Source: an uncultured Actinomycetota bacterium (lineage in GTDB: Bacteria; Actinomycetota; Actinomycetes; Propionibacteriales; Propionibacteriaceae). Taken from it: a stretch of DNA of 64,000 bases. Location: assembly GCA_963730005.1 (NCBI GenBank), contig CAVSPO010000014.1:82650-146649 (forward strand). The letters run 5' to 3'. Of the stretch, positions 43,054 to 53,847 are shown piece after piece (positions within the stretch are counted from its first letter, which is position 1; each line of letters starts with the position of its first letter). Both the position numbers and the translations under genes were made by a program. Under the pieces are notes generated by a model that worked only from the letters and a program-made list of their open reading frames with translations, searched no databases and was not told the DNA's origin.

Positions 43054-43410
43054 GTGTCAGGTGGCAGTGCCATTCGTGGTAGTCGTGTCGGTGCCGGTCC
43101 GTCCGGGGAGAGCGAGCGCGGGGAGGTGGCTCCGCGGGTGCACGCCACCTACTACTGCCTGCATGGTCACGTCACCAAGCCCGCCTTCGCCTCTGACGTT
43201 GAGGTGCCCGAGCAGTGGGAATGCCCCCGTTGTGGGTTGCCGGCCAGCTGCGACCAGGACAACCCCCCGGCGCAGCCCAAGACGCACCCTTACAAGACAC
43301 ACCTGGCGTATGTCAAGGAGCGTCGCAGCGACAAGGAAGCTTCGTTGATCCTCGCCGAGGCCCTGCAGACGCTGCGCGCACGGCGTGAAGATGGAGAGGT
43401 CATCTACTGA
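43054..43410 (+). CDS. rbpA: RNA polymerase-binding protein RbpA
   Basis: IRGSRVG...APR...YYCLHGH...VPEQWECPRCG pattern (Streptomyces-type zinc ribbon) plus C-terminal KTHLAYVKERRS sigma-interaction helix. AGGAG SD. Confidence 0.88.
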   Translation: MSGGSAIRGSRVGAGPSGESERGEVAPRVHATYYCLHGHVTKPAFASDVEVPEQWECPRCGLPASCDQDNPPAQPKTHPYKTHLAYVKERRSDKEASLILAEALQTLRARREDGEVIY

Positions 43411-43459
43411 GGTCCTGACCTGCGTCAGTGGGCCAGACAGACCACGGCTGGCAGCCAGG

Positions 43460-44203
43460 TCACAGCCAGCAACGGTGACTGGGCAGCAAGCTACCCGCCG
43501 CCTCGTCGACGAACCAGACGGTACGGTCGACGCCGTGAACGTGAGCGGCAGGCAAGGACTCGTCACCTGCCAGCACGCGAGTCAGGACTTCTGCCTTTTC
43601 CCGACCGCTCACCAGGAACCAGATCTGGCGGGAACGGTTGAAGGCGTTGAAGGTGAGGGTGACCCGCTCAGGCGGTGGCACCGGAGCATCGTCGACACCG
43701 ATCGCCAGCAGGCTGGTGCCGGCCTGGGCTCGGAAACTCGGGTGGTCAGGAAAGATTGCCCCGACATGACCGTCTGCGCCCAGGCCCAGCAGGCAGATGT
43801 CGAAGACGGTGTCACCCAGCTCGCTGGCGTAGGCGAAAGCCGCTTCATCCGCGTCGGCGTTGCCTGAATTCGGCGGCATCGGGTGGGTCTTGGCGGGCAC
43901 GATCTTCATGCTTCGCCCCAGCAGGCTGAGCGTGCGGGTGGCGTTCCTCAGCGGGTCCGCGGTGGGCACGAACCGTTCGGAGCCCCACCACAGGCTGATC
44001 CGGGTGGGGTCGAGGGCAGACTCGGCAGCCTGAGCCGAGAGCGCGGCGTAGACGTCGTTGGCCGTGTGCCCGCCGGCCAGGCAGAGTTGCGCGTCGGAAT
44101 CGCTATCGTGCTGGACCCGGCACAACTCCGCCAACATGGCGGCCGCAGCACCGTCAGCCAGATCGTGGGGCCGGTCATAGCGCCGGATCCGGGTGAGGCT
44201 CAT
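43460..44203 (-). CDS. pgl: 6-phosphogluconolactonase
   Basis: DevB/Pgl-like sequence (LAGGHTANDVY, ICLLGLGADGHVGAIFP). Last gene of the tal-zwf-opcA-pgl operon, ATGA overlap with opcA. Confidence 0.9.
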   Translation of the reverse strand: MSLTRIRRYDRPHDLADGAAAAMLAELCRVQHDSDSDAQLCLAGGHTANDVYAALSAQAAESALDPTRISLWWGSERFVPTADPLRNATRTLSLLGRSMKIVPAKTHPMPPNSGNADADEAAFAYASELGDTVFDICLLGLGADGHVGAIFPDHPSFRAQAGTSLLAIGVDDAPVPPPERVTLTFNAFNRSRQIWFLVSGREKAEVLTRVLAGDESLPAAHVHGVDRTVWFVDEAAGSLLPSHRCWL

Positions 44204-45138
44204 GAGATCTTCCCCTCGCGCTCGAATCGCTCCAACAGTACTTTGACAACGGTGTCGAAGACCGGGTCACTGTGCAGCCGGGCGAGTTCCTCCTGCAGTA
44301 GCTGGTTTCGTGAACGGAAGGGCAGGGCGACCACGCGGGTGGGCTGCCCGGGGATGTCCAGGCAGGCTTCCTCACCGCTGTGCGAGAGCACCACCGAGCT
44401 GCCGTCAGCCAGCGTCAGCGTGATGCGGATGGTGCCAATGATCTCCTCACGCACCAGTGGCACAGAAAAGCAGAGACGTGATTCCAGCCAGGCGGCCATC
44501 ATGTAGGCCGGCACACTCCTGCTGCCCGCCTGCACCTCCGCGGCGATGACGGGCAGGCGGACCTGGTCAAGCGCACTCACCAGCAGCGCCCGCCACGACG
44601 TGATGCGAGCCCAGGACAGGTCGGTCGCGCCCGGCTGGTGGCAGCGGGCCCGCTCCAGCACGGCGCGGAGCGGTTGATGGGCGCCGGCCACGTCGGTGAT
44701 GCGCCGGCTGCCGAGCTGGCCGATCTCGTCCCTCGCGCAGTCGCGTGGGGAGGCTCCTGGCCACCAGACCACCACCGGAAGGTCAGGCAGGGCCAACGGC
44801 ACCAGCACGGACGCTGGATGCGAATTCACTGCCCCCGACATGCGCAAGGTGACGATGTTGCCCGGGACGTCATCGTCGAACCGGATCTCTGCGTCCAGCC
44901 GGTCGATGGTCTTGTCCTTCTCACGCACCGCGACCAGGATCCGGATCGGGTGCTCACGCCCAGCGCCGATGGCCGCCTCCAACGCTTCCGCGTAGTCCCT
45001 CGCAGAACAGGCGATGATCAGGGTGAACACCAGACCGCCGGAGCCGCTTCGCGGTTGTCTCATGAGCGTGGCGTAGATCGCTGCTGCGTCGGTGTCCTCC
45101 ATCGCGATGATGGTTTCGCGGTCGCCGCCAACACTCAT
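44200..45138 (-). CDS. opcA: Glucose-6-phosphate dehydrogenase assembly protein OpcA
   Basis: OpcA-like sequence between zwf and pgl, with 4-nt overlaps at both ends. Confidence 0.88.
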   Translation of the reverse strand: MSVGGDRETIIAMEDTDAAAIYATLMRQPRSGSGGLVFTLIIACSARDYAEALEAAIGAGREHPIRILVAVREKDKTIDRLDAEIRFDDDVPGNIVTLRMSGAVNSHPASVLVPLALPDLPVVVWWPGASPRDCARDEIGQLGSRRITDVAGAHQPLRAVLERARCHQPGATDLSWARITSWRALLVSALDQVRLPVIAAEVQAGSRSVPAYMMAAWLESRLCFSVPLVREEIIGTIRITLTLADGSSVVLSHSGEEACLDIPGQPTRVVALPFRSRNQLLQEELARLHSDPVFDTVVKVLLERFEREGKIS

Positions 45139-46667
45139 GGCCGCCTCCAGGTGAATCCGTCACGCTGGATCATGGCGTCGCCGGACGCAGGCCCCCAGGT
45201 TCCTGCCGGGTATTGCTGTGGGGGCGGCGCCTCGTCGGCCCAGTAGTTGAGCACGGGGTCGAGGAGGATCCAGGACAGCTCCACTTCTCGTTGCTGCGGG
45301 AACAGCGGCGCGTCGCCGATCAGCATGTCGAAGATCAACCGCTCGTAAGCCTCGGGGCTCGACACGGTGAAAGAGCCGCGATAACCGAAATCCATGCTCA
45401 CCTGACGGATCTCCATCTGGGAGGCGGGCACCTTGGAGCCGAAGTGCATCGAGATGCCCTCCTGCGGTTGGATCCTCAGCACCAGGGCATTGGTGCCCAG
45501 GTCCTCGGTCTGGAACCGGCTGAACGGCAGGTGCGGGGCCGGCCTGAACCCCAGGGCGATCTCGGTGACACGCCGGGGGGCGCGCTTGGTGGTGCGCAGG
45601 TAGAACGGGACGCCGGCCCAGCGGCGGTTGTCGATGTCGACGCGCAGCGCGGCGTAGGTTTCGGTGCGGGAGTCGGGGGAGACCCCTTCCTCCTGCAGAT
45701 AGCCGGGGACCCGGCGGCCCCCCTGGTAGCCCTCGGCGTACTGGCCGTTGGCGGTGTGCGCTGCGAAGTCCGAGGCGGCCCGAGCGGCGCTGAGCACTTT
45801 GACTTTTTCGTCGCGCAGATTGCCGGCGTCGAAGCTGTTCGGCTCCTCCATCGCTGTCAGTGCCATCAGCTGCAGGAGATGATTCTGGATCACGTCGCGG
45901 GCGGCGCCGATGCCGTCGTAGTACCCCGCCCGGCCACCCACTCCGATGTCCTCGTTCATGGTGATCTGCACGTTCGAGACGTACCTGTTGTTCCAGAGGG
46001 GTTCGAACATCTGGTTGGCGAACCGAAAGGCCAGCAGGTTCTGCACCGTCTCCTTGCCGAGGTAGTGGTCGATGCGAAACACCGACTCCGGTGGAAAGGC
46101 GCGCGTCACCTCGGCGTCCAGCAGTTGGGCCGAGGCGAGATCATGACCGAACGGTTTCTCGATGACCACGCGCTTCCACCCGGTGTCCTGATCGGTGAGG
46201 CCATGGTCGTTGAGCTGATCGATGATCACCCCGAAGCTGCGCGGCGGTACCGACAGGTAATAGGCGTGGTTGTGGCCGGTGTTGCGTTCCCTGTCGAGCT
46301 GGTCGAGGGTTTCGGCTAGCCGCTCGAAAGCAGCACCGTCATCGAAGCTGCCCGGCACGAAACGGATGCCTTCAGCCAGCGTCTTCCAGCTGGCCTGATT
46401 GAAAGGCGTCCGAGCACGCTCGCGCACTGACTCCTCCACGAACGAGGCGAAGTCCTGGTCCGTCCAGTCACGGCGAGCGAAGCCGACCAGGCTGAAACCG
46501 GGGGGCAGCATCCCCCGGTTGGCCAGGTCGTACACGGCGGGCAGTAGTTTCTTTCGCCCAAGGTCGCCGGTGACACCAAAGAACACCAGGGCGCACGGGC
46601 CCGCGATGTGGGGCAGTCGCCTGTCCCGTGGGTCGACCAGCGGATTGACCCACTGCTGCTTGAGCAC
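45135..46667 (-). CDS. zwf: Glucose-6-phosphate dehydrogenase
   Basis: GVTGDLGRKKL NADP motif and RIDHYLGKE active-site motif. GTG start with AGGAG upstream. Confidence 0.96.
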   Translation of the reverse strand: MLKQQWVNPLVDPRDRRLPHIAGPCALVFFGVTGDLGRKKLLPAVYDLANRGMLPPGFSLVGFARRDWTDQDFASFVEESVRERARTPFNQASWKTLAEGIRFVPGSFDDGAAFERLAETLDQLDRERNTGHNHAYYLSVPPRSFGVIIDQLNDHGLTDQDTGWKRVVIEKPFGHDLASAQLLDAEVTRAFPPESVFRIDHYLGKETVQNLLAFRFANQMFEPLWNNRYVSNVQITMNEDIGVGGRAGYYDGIGAARDVIQNHLLQLMALTAMEEPNSFDAGNLRDEKVKVLSAARAASDFAAHTANGQYAEGYQGGRRVPGYLQEEGVSPDSRTETYAALRVDIDNRRWAGVPFYLRTTKRAPRRVTEIALGFRPAPHLPFSRFQTEDLGTNALVLRIQPQEGISMHFGSKVPASQMEIRQVSMDFGYRGSFTVSSPEAYERLIFDMLIGDAPLFPQQREVELSWILLDPVLNYWADEAPPPQQYPAGTWGPASGDAMIQRDGFTWRRP

Positions 46668-46707
46668 GCGCCCGCTCCTAGGTTAGGTGTGACTGGACGT
46701 CTCGCGA

Positions 46708-47805
46708 TCAGGACTTCGCGAGAGCGCCCTTGACGGCGTCGATCAGGTCGCCCCAGCTCACCACGAACTTGTCGACCGCCTCGTCCTCCAGGACCTTGAA
46801 GACGTCGTCCAGGTCGATACCGACCGCCGCCAGGTCGGCGAAGACCTGAGCCGCATCAGCGAGGTTGGGGGTGATCGTGTCACCGGAGAACTCGCCATGA
46901 TCGGCGCACGCCGCCATGGTCTTCTCGGGCATGGTGTTGACGCAGGGCTTCGCGACCAGCTCGGCAACATAGAGGGTGTCAGGGTAGGCGGGGTTCTTGG
47001 TGCCGGTGGACGCCCACAACGGACGCTGCAGGTTGGCGCCCTTGGCTTCCAGGGCCTTGAACCGGTCGGAGGCGAAGACCTTCTGGAACTCCGCGAAAGC
47101 CAGGCGACCGTTGGCGACAGCGGCCTTGCCCTGCAGGGCCTTGGCCTGGTCGGTGCCGATGGCGTCCAGGCGGGCGTCGATCTCGCTGTCCACGCGGCTG
47201 ATGAAGAACGAAGCGACCGAATGGATCTTGGAGAGATCCTTGCCGGCGGCGGCTGCATCCTCCAGGCCTGCCAGGTAAGCAGCCATCACCTCGCGGTAGC
47301 GCTCGAGCGAGAAGATCAGGGTGACGTTGACGCTGATGCCGTTGGCGATCGTGCGACGGATGGCCGGCAGGCCTTCAACGGTGGCCGGGATCTTGATCAG
47401 CACGTTTTCCTGGTCGACCAGCTCATACAACTCGACTGCCTGCTGGACGGTGGCGTCGGTCTCGCGAGCGAGGGTGGGGGCGACCTCGATCGACACGCGG
47501 CCGTCGTAGCCGTTGGAGGCGTCGTAGCTGGGCCTGAAGATCCGGCAGGCGTCCTTGACGTCGTAGCTCATCAGCTGCGGGATGGCTTCCTCGACGGCGG
47601 TCTGCTTGAGCGCGCGCAGCTGATCGCCGTAGCGGCTCAGATCCTGGAACGCGGCGGCGAAAATGGTGGGGTTGGTGGTGACACCGGTCACTGACCACTC
47701 GTCGATCAGGTTCTGCAGGTTGCCGCTCTCGATGCGTTCGCGGGTCAGATCGTCGAGCCAGATGGAGATGCCTGCGTCGTGCAGTGCCTTGAGCCGTTCG
47801 TTCAC
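46708..47805 (-). CDS. tal: Transaldolase (actinobacterial long type)
   Basis: GISIWLDDL and [10 protein letters not shown] motifs, LIKIPAT Schiff-base lysine region. GTG start with AGGAGG upstream. Confidence 0.95.
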   Translation of the reverse strand: MNERLKALHDAGISIWLDDLTRERIESGNLQNLIDEWSVTGVTTNPTIFAAAFQDLSRYGDQLRALKQTAVEEAIPQLMSYDVKDACRIFRPSYDASNGYDGRVSIEVAPTLARETDATVQQAVELYELVDQENVLIKIPATVEGLPAIRRTIANGISVNVTLIFSLERYREVMAAYLAGLEDAAAAGKDLSKIHSVASFFISRVDSEIDARLDAIGTDQAKALQGKAAVANGRLAFAEFQKVFASDRFKALEAKGANLQRPLWASTGTKNPAYPDTLYVAELVAKPCVNTMPEKTMAACADHGEFSGDTITPNLADAAQVFADLAAVGIDLDDVFKVLEDEAVDKFVVSWGDLIDAVKGALAKS

Positions 47806-47953
47806 TTGATCCTCCTGGTGGGTCGGGGCGAGTCAGCCTCGCAAACACTCTAGTGCTCGCCTGTACTTGCCCATGCGGCCATCAGCCAACTTGCGTCTCG
47901 GCGGATTTAGGCAAGAATAATGTCATGAAATCAGCTGGGGTTGGGGGGCTGAG

Positions 47954-48718
47954 GTGGTGAACGAGCCTTTCTCCGATGACAAGGTCGAGGCAAAAGACGT
48001 CTGCGTCAACCCCGAAGATGGGGCGGAGGAGCCGGATGCCAGCACCCGTGAGCGGGTGTTGGCCTCCTTGCTGACCCATGGCGCTTCAACCGTAGCCGAG
48101 CTGGCTGAGCGGCTGGGCCTCACTTCAGCTGCCATCCGACGCCACCTGAGCGCGCTGACGGACAGCGGTCGGGTCTCCAGCGAGCCGGAACGGGTGCACG
48201 GGCAGCGTGGCCGGGGGCGACCAGCCCGCGTGTACGTCCTCACCAGGAGCGGACGCTCGCAGTTTTATCAGGGCTATGACGAACTCGCGGCCCAGGCGCT
48301 GAAAGCGCTGTTCGACGCCGCTGGGCCACAGGCTGTCGAACGCCTCGGCCAGCAACGGGTGCAAGCAGTGGCCGACGAGTACCATGCGCTGCGCGAAGCC
48401 GCTCCCGACGGGGACCCTGTCGAGGCGTTGGCCCGGGCACTGACCAGTGACGGCTACGTCGCCAGTGTCGACGAGCTACCCACCGGCGAACAGCTGTGTC
48501 AGCGCCACTGCCCGGTGGCCGACGTCGCCGGGCTCTATCCGCAGTTGTGTGAACAAGAGACCAAAGTGTTTTCCGAGCTGCTGGGAATGCATGTCCAACG
48601 CCTCGCCACCATCGCCCACGGTGATGGGGTGTGCACCACGAACATCCCGCGGCGCACTGTCGAGGTGCAGGACTGCGGCCCCACCACCAACTCCACCCAG
48701 GAGGCCAAGAGCCGATGA
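47954..48718 (+). CDS. sufR: Fe-S cluster assembly transcriptional repressor SufR (ArsR-type HTH)
   Basis: wHTH ([24 protein letters not shown]) plus a C-terminal Cys cluster (CQRHCPV...LCEQE...GVCTT). First gene of the suf operon, ATGA overlap with sufB. Confidence 0.88.
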   Translation: MVNEPFSDDKVEAKDVCVNPEDGAEEPDASTRERVLASLLTHGASTVAELAERLGLTSAAIRRHLSALTDSGRVSSEPERVHGQRGRGRPARVYVLTRSGRSQFYQGYDELAAQALKALFDAAGPQAVERLGQQRVQAVADEYHALREAAPDGDPVEALARALTSDGYVASVDELPTGEQLCQRHCPVADVAGLYPQLCEQETKVFSELLGMHVQRLATIAHGDGVCTTNIPRRTVEVQDCGPTTNSTQEAKSR

Positions 48719-50133
48719 CCGAGGACACTGTCACCACCAGCGAACAGCTGGGAGACCTGTCGAAGTACAAGTACGGCTGGCACGACTCCGACCTGGGCGC
48801 GACTGCCCGTCGCGGTCTGTCCGAGGATGTCGTCCGTGAGATCTCGGCACTCAAGAACGAGCCCGAATGGATGCTGGACCGCCGGCTCAAGGGCTTGGCG
48901 TTGTTCTGGAAGAAGCCCACCCCCACCTGGGGGCCTGACCTGTCGGGCATCGACTACGACGCCATCAAGTACTTCGTGCGGTCAACCGAGAAGCAGGCGA
49001 CCAGTTGGGAGGACCTGCCAGAGGAGATCAAGACGACGTACGACCGGCTGGGCATTCCCGACGCCGAGAAGAAGCGGCTGGTGGCCGGCGTGGCCGCCCA
49101 GTACGAGTCCGAAGTGGTCTACCACAAGATCAGCGAGGAGCTGGAACGTCAAGGGGTCATTTTCGTCGACACCGACTCGGGGCTGCGGGAATACCCCGAC
49201 CTCTTCCGGGAGTACTGGGGCACGGTGATCCCTGCTGGGGACAACAAGTTCTCGGCGCTGAACACGGCGGTGTGGTCGGGCGGCTCGTTCGTCTACGTGC
49301 CCAAGGGCGTCCATGTCCAGATTCCGCTGCAGGCCTACTTCCGGATCAACACCGAGAACATGGGCCAGTTCGAGCGGACGCTGATCATTGCCGACGAGGG
49401 GTCCGACGTCACCTACATCGAAGGTTGCACCGCGCCCATCTACAAGACCGACTCGCTGCACTCCGGTGTGGTCGAGATCGTCGTCAAGAAGGACGCCCAC
49501 GTGCGGTACACGACGGTGCAGAACTGGTCTACCAACGTCTACAACCTGGTCACCCAGCGGGCCACCTGTGAGGCCGGCGCCCGGATGGAGTGGGTGGACG
49601 GCAACATCGGTTCCAAGATCAACATGAAGTACCCGGCGGTTTGGTTGCTGGGGGAGCACGCCAAGGGTGAGACCCTGTCGGCGGCCTTCTCCGGGCGTGG
49701 CCAGCACCAGGACACGGGAGCCAAGATGCTGCACCTGGCGCCGCACACCTCGAGCACCATCGTCTCCAAGTCGGTGAGCCGCTCCGGTGGGCGTGCCTCG
49801 TACCGCGGTTTGGTGAAGGTCAATCCGAAGGCCCATCATTCGGTGTCGAACGTCAGGTGCGATGCGCTGCTGGTCGACTCGATCAGCCGGTCCGACACCT
49901 ATCCGTACAACGACATCCAGTGCGATGACGTCTCGATGGCCCACGAGGCCACTGTCTCGAAAGTCAGTGAGGACCAACTCTTCTACCTGATGAGCCGCGG
50001 TCTGAAGGAGGACGAGGCGATGGCCATGATCGTGCGCGGCTTCATTGAGCCGATCGCGCGCGAGTTGCCCATGGAGTACGCCCTCGAACTCAACCGACTG
50101 ATCGATCTGCAGATGGAAGGAGCGGTCGGCTGA
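48715..50133 (+). CDS. sufB: Fe-S cluster assembly protein SufB
   Basis: [23 protein letters not shown]-terminus and strongly conserved SufB core ([21 protein letters not shown]). Track start 48631 lies inside sufR. Confidence 0.96.
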   Translation: MTEDTVTTSEQLGDLSKYKYGWHDSDLGATARRGLSEDVVREISALKNEPEWMLDRRLKGLALFWKKPTPTWGPDLSGIDYDAIKYFVRSTEKQATSWEDLPEEIKTTYDRLGIPDAEKKRLVAGVAAQYESEVVYHKISEELERQGVIFVDTDSGLREYPDLFREYWGTVIPAGDNKFSALNTAVWSGGSFVYVPKGVHVQIPLQAYFRINTENMGQFERTLIIADEGSDVTYIEGCTAPIYKTDSLHSGVVEIVVKKDAHVRYTTVQNWSTNVYNLVTQRATCEAGARMEWVDGNIGSKINMKYPAVWLLGEHAKGETLSAAFSGRGQHQDTGAKMLHLAPHTSSTIVSKSVSRSGGRASYRGLVKVNPKAHHSVSNVRCDALLVDSISRSDTYPYNDIQCDDVSMAHEATVSKVSEDQLFYLMSRGLKEDEAMAMIVRGFIEPIARELPMEYALELNRLIDLQMEGAVG

Positions 50134-51323
50134 TGAGCGGTACCGCAACGACGACGGCATCCCTCGACCAGCCACCGGAGGTCGGCCACCAGCTCCCGGC
50201 GGGCAGTTGGCGACTGGACGAGCTGCCGGTGCCCAAGGGTCGGGAGGAAGCCTGGCGTTTCACGCCGATGGCCCGGGTGGCCACGATGTTCGAGGACCGC
50301 GCGACAGCAGCCGATGCTGTGCGCCTTGAGGTGAGCGAGGTCCAGGGAGTCACCGTCGGAACACTGGGCATCGGCCAGGCTCCGCGCGGCACCGTCCTGG
50401 TGCCCGTCGACCTGCCCGCCGGTCTGGCCTGCGCCCGCACCGAGCAGGCGTTGCACCTGGCCATCGCGCCGGGTGCCCAGCTGGGCGAGCCGGTGCTGGT
50501 CACCGTCACCGGGCAGGGCGCCGGGCTGCGGGCCAATTCGCACACCGTCATCGAAGCCGGCGAATCCAGCCGCGCCATCGTCGTCCTGAACCATCAGGGG
50601 TCGGCCCAGTTCAACGGCAACATCGAGATCATCGTCGCCGACCACGCGGACCTGACCGTGGTCAGCCTGCAGAACTGGGCACGGGACGCGTTGCACACCG
50701 GGCAGCACGAGGCCCTCGTGGGTCGCGACGCCCATCTGCGGCACGTTGTGGTCACCTTGGGCGGCGACCTCGTCCGGCTGCACGGCAACGTGTCCTACGG
50801 TGCCCCCGGTGGCACCGCCGAGTTGTACGGCCTCTACTTCGCCGACGCGGGCCAGCACCTGGAGCACCGGCTCCGTGTCGACCACAACGCCCCCAACACG
50901 ACCTCGCGGGTGGACTACCGCGGCGCACTGAACGGTGCTAAGGCGCGCTCGGTGTGGGTCGGCGACGTGCTGATCCGCAAACAGGCACTGAACATCGACA
51001 CCTACGAGCAGAACCGCAACCTGCTGCTGTCCCAGGGGTGCCGTACGGACTCGGTGCCCAATCTTGAGATCGAGACCGGCGAGATCGTCGGCGCCGGGCA
51101 CAGCACGAGCACCGGGCGATTCGACGAGGAGCAGCTCTTCTACCTGATGAGCCGCGGTATCGAGGAGGACGAGGCCCGCAGGCTGGTGGTGCGGGGCTTC
51201 TTCGCCGAGATCATCCAACGCATCGGTGTCCCCGCCGTGGAGCAGGCGCTGAGCAACGCCATCGACGGCGAGCTCGACGCTGCAGCAACTGCAAGCAACA
51301 GCCTTGAAGCACAGGAGAACTGA
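50133..51323 (+). CDS. sufD: Fe-S cluster assembly protein SufD
   Basis: SufD beta-helix region ([38 protein letters not shown]). Follows sufB with a 1-nt overlap. Confidence 0.93.
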   Translation: MSGTATTTASLDQPPEVGHQLPAGSWRLDELPVPKGREEAWRFTPMARVATMFEDRATAADAVRLEVSEVQGVTVGTLGIGQAPRGTVLVPVDLPAGLACARTEQALHLAIAPGAQLGEPVLVTVTGQGAGLRANSHTVIEAGESSRAIVVLNHQGSAQFNGNIEIIVADHADLTVVSLQNWARDALHTGQHEALVGRDAHLRHVVVTLGGDLVRLHGNVSYGAPGGTAELYGLYFADAGQHLEHRLRVDHNAPNTTSRVDYRGALNGAKARSVWVGDVLIRKQALNIDTYEQNRNLLLSQGCRTDSVPNLEIETGEIVGAGHSTSTGRFDEEQLFYLMSRGIEEDEARRLVVRGFFAEIIQRIGVPAVEQALSNAIDGELDAAATASNSLEAQEN

Positions 51324-51324
51324 C

Positions 51325-52086
51325 ATGGCCATGCTGGAAATCACTGACCTGCACGTCGACGTAGACACCGAGGCGGGCCCGAAGGAGATCCTGAAGGGGG
51401 TCAACCTGGTGGTCCGGCCGGGTGAGGTGCACGCGATCATGGGCCCCAACGGGTCCGGCAAGTCGACGCTGGCCTACGCGCTCGCCGGGCACCCGAAGTA
51501 CACCATCACCTCCGGTTCGGTGAAGCTCGACGGACAGGAGATCAGCGGCCTCAACGTCACCGAGCGCGCGCGTGCCGGCCTCTACCTCGGTATGCAGTAC
51601 CCGGTTGAGGTGCCCGGCGTCAGCATGGCCAACTTCCTGCGCACCGCCAAGACCGCCCTCGACGGTCAGGCTCCCAAGGTCCGCACCTGGGTCAAGGAAG
51701 TCAATGCGGCCCTGCAACGGATGGATCTGGACCCCAGCTTCTCGGGCCGATCGGTGAACGAGGGGTTTTCCGGCGGTGAGAAGAAGCGGGCGGAGATCGC
51801 CCAGCTGGAGGTGCTCAATCCGAAGGTGGCGATCCTCGACGAGATCGATTCCGGCCTCGACATCGACGCTGTCCGGGTGGTCAGCGACGGCATCAACAGG
51901 TACATGCGTCAGGGTGACCGCGGGCTGCTGCTGATCACTCACTACACCCGCATCCTGAACTACGTGCACCCCGACGTCATCCACGTCTACGTGGACGGCC
52001 GGGTGGTCGCCACTGGCGACAAGGCCTTGGGCGACGAGTTGGAGCGCGACGGCTACGAGAAGTACCTCGCACTGGCGGCGAAATAA
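51325..52086 (+). CDS. sufC: Fe-S cluster assembly ATPase SufC
   Basis: MAMLEITDLHV N-terminus, GPNGSGKST Walker A, FSGGEKKR signature, LDEIDSGLD Walker B. AGGAG lies 8 nt upstream of ATG 51325. Confidence 0.96.
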   Translation: MAMLEITDLHVDVDTEAGPKEILKGVNLVVRPGEVHAIMGPNGSGKSTLAYALAGHPKYTITSGSVKLDGQEISGLNVTERARAGLYLGMQYPVEVPGVSMANFLRTAKTALDGQAPKVRTWVKEVNAALQRMDLDPSFSGRSVNEGFSGGEKKRAEIAQLEVLNPKVAILDEIDSGLDIDAVRVVSDGINRYMRQGDRGLLLITHYTRILNYVHPDVIHVYVDGRVVATGDKALGDELERDGYEKYLALAAK

Positions 52087-52087
52087 G

Positions 52088-53371
52088 ATGGTTGGTTACG
52101 ACGTCAACGAGGTCCGCAAGGACTTCCCGGTGTTTGAACGCAGAGTGGGTGACTACCCGCTGACCTACCTGGACTCGGCCAACACCTCGCAGAAGCCGCG
52201 CCAGGTGGTGGAGACCATCGCGGACTTCTACCTGCACCACAATGCCAATGTCGCCCGTGCCATGCACCAGCTCGGCATCGAGGCAACCGCCGCCTACGAG
52301 GGCGCCCGCGCCCGGATCGCCGATTTCGTCGGTGCCGCCGGGCCGGACGAGATCATCTACACCCGTAACGCCACCGAGGCGTTGAACCTGGCGGCCAACA
52401 CACTGGCCGGGCGGGGGGATGGGCTGGGGCCCGGGGACGAGATCGTGGTCACCGAGATGGAGCACCACTCCAACATCGTGCCGTGGCAGATGGTCTGTCA
52501 GCGCACTGGCGCCACGCTGCGCTGGTTCACCGTGACTGCGGACGGTCAGCTCGATCTGGAGGCGGCAGAGCGCGAGGGATTGATCAACGAGCGCACCAGG
52601 GTGGTCTCGGTGGGTTGGGTGAGCAACGTGGTGGGCACCGTCAACCCGGTGCGCCGGATCGCAGATGCCGCGCACGCAGTGGGCGCGGTCATGGTCGCCG
52701 ACGGCGCCCAGGGAGTGCCGCTGCTCGCCACCGACGTGACTGAACTGGGTGTCGACCTGCTCGCCTTCACGGGCCACAAGATCTGCGGGCCCACAGGGAT
52801 CGGGGTGCTCTACGGCCGTCGCGAGTTGCTGGCGGAGTTGCCGCCGTTCCTCGGTGGCGGCGAGATGATCGAGGTCGTCGAGATGAGCGGCAGCACGTAC
52901 GCCGACCCGCCGCAACGGTTCGAGGCCGGAACTCCTCCGATCGCCCAGGCCATCGGGCTGGGTGCCGCCATCGACTACGTCAGCGCCCTGGGCATGGACA
53001 ACATCGCCGCTCATGAGCGTCAGCTCGTCGAGTACCTGCTCGGACAGCTGCGAAACGTCGAGGGTGTGCGCGTCCTGGGCTCCGACCGCGCCGACGGCCG
53101 TGGGGGAGCGGTCTCCTTCGTCCTGGACGATGTACACCCACACGACGTGATGCAGCTGCTCGACAGCCGGGGCGTGGCCGTGCGTGGTGGCCACCACTGT
53201 GCTCGCCCGCTGCACACCCGGCTGGGGATTCAGTCGTCCATCCGGGCGTCCGCGTACCTGTACACGACCACCGCCGAGATCGATGCCCTGGTCGAGGCGC
53301 TGGTGTACACGCGCGATTTCTTCGCGGGCAAGTTCTTCACCACCGGGCAGCGGGCCAGGAGGCAGCGATGA
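52088..53371 (+). CDS. sufS: Cysteine desulfurase SufS (class II aminotransferase V)
   Basis: SufS-type sequence (LDSANTSQKP, FTGHKICGPTGIGVLYG PLP-lysine region, RGGHHCARP catalytic Cys loop). Confidence 0.95.
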   Translation: MVGYDVNEVRKDFPVFERRVGDYPLTYLDSANTSQKPRQVVETIADFYLHHNANVARAMHQLGIEATAAYEGARARIADFVGAAGPDEIIYTRNATEALNLAANTLAGRGDGLGPGDEIVVTEMEHHSNIVPWQMVCQRTGATLRWFTVTADGQLDLEAAEREGLINERTRVVSVGWVSNVVGTVNPVRRIADAAHAVGAVMVADGAQGVPLLATDVTELGVDLLAFTGHKICGPTGIGVLYGRRELLAELPPFLGGGEMIEVVEMSGSTYADPPQRFEAGTPPIAQAIGLGAAIDYVSALGMDNIAAHERQLVEYLLGQLRNVEGVRVLGSDRADGRGGAVSFVLDDVHPHDVMQLLDSRGVAVRGGHHCARPLHTRLGIQSSIRASAYLYTTTAEIDALVEALVYTRDFFAGKFFTTGQRARRQR

Positions 53372-53847
53372 GTTCTGACGTCGAGGCGATGTATCAGGAG
53401 ATCATCCTGGATCACTATCGCGAGAAGCATCATTGCGGGTTGCGTGAGCCGTTCGACGCCGAGGTGCACCACGTCAACCCGAGCTGTGGTGACGAGCTGA
53501 CGCTTCGCGTCGAACTCGACGGGAACGCGATCCGTGACGTCAGTTACGAAGGCGTCGGCTGCTCGATCAGCCAGGCCAGCACCTCGGTGATGAGCGACCT
53601 GGTGATCGGTCGTTCGCTGGCCGACGCGATGGCGTTGTATGCCGAGTTCAAGGACATGATGGAGTCCCAGGGCAGGGTAGAGCCGAACGAGGACCGGCTG
53701 GAGGACGGCATCGCGTTCGTGGGTGTCGCCAAGTTCCCGGCGCGCGTGAAGTGCGCCATGTTGGGCTGGGCGGCGCTTGTCGACGCCGTCGCCCGTGCCA
53801 AGTCGAAGCAGGAGGCCGACCCGTCGGCCGAGCAGGAGAAGAAGTGA
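53368..53847 (+). CDS. sufU: SUF-system NifU/IscU-like scaffold SufU
   Basis: YQEIILDHY, NPSCGDEL, GVGCSISQAS and KCAML cysteine ligands. ATGA overlap with sufS. Confidence 0.93.
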   Translation: MSSDVEAMYQEIILDHYREKHHCGLREPFDAEVHHVNPSCGDELTLRVELDGNAIRDVSYEGVGCSISQASTSVMSDLVIGRSLADAMALYAEFKDMMESQGRVEPNEDRLEDGIAFVGVAKFPARVKCAMLGWAALVDAVARAKSKQEADPSAEQEKK

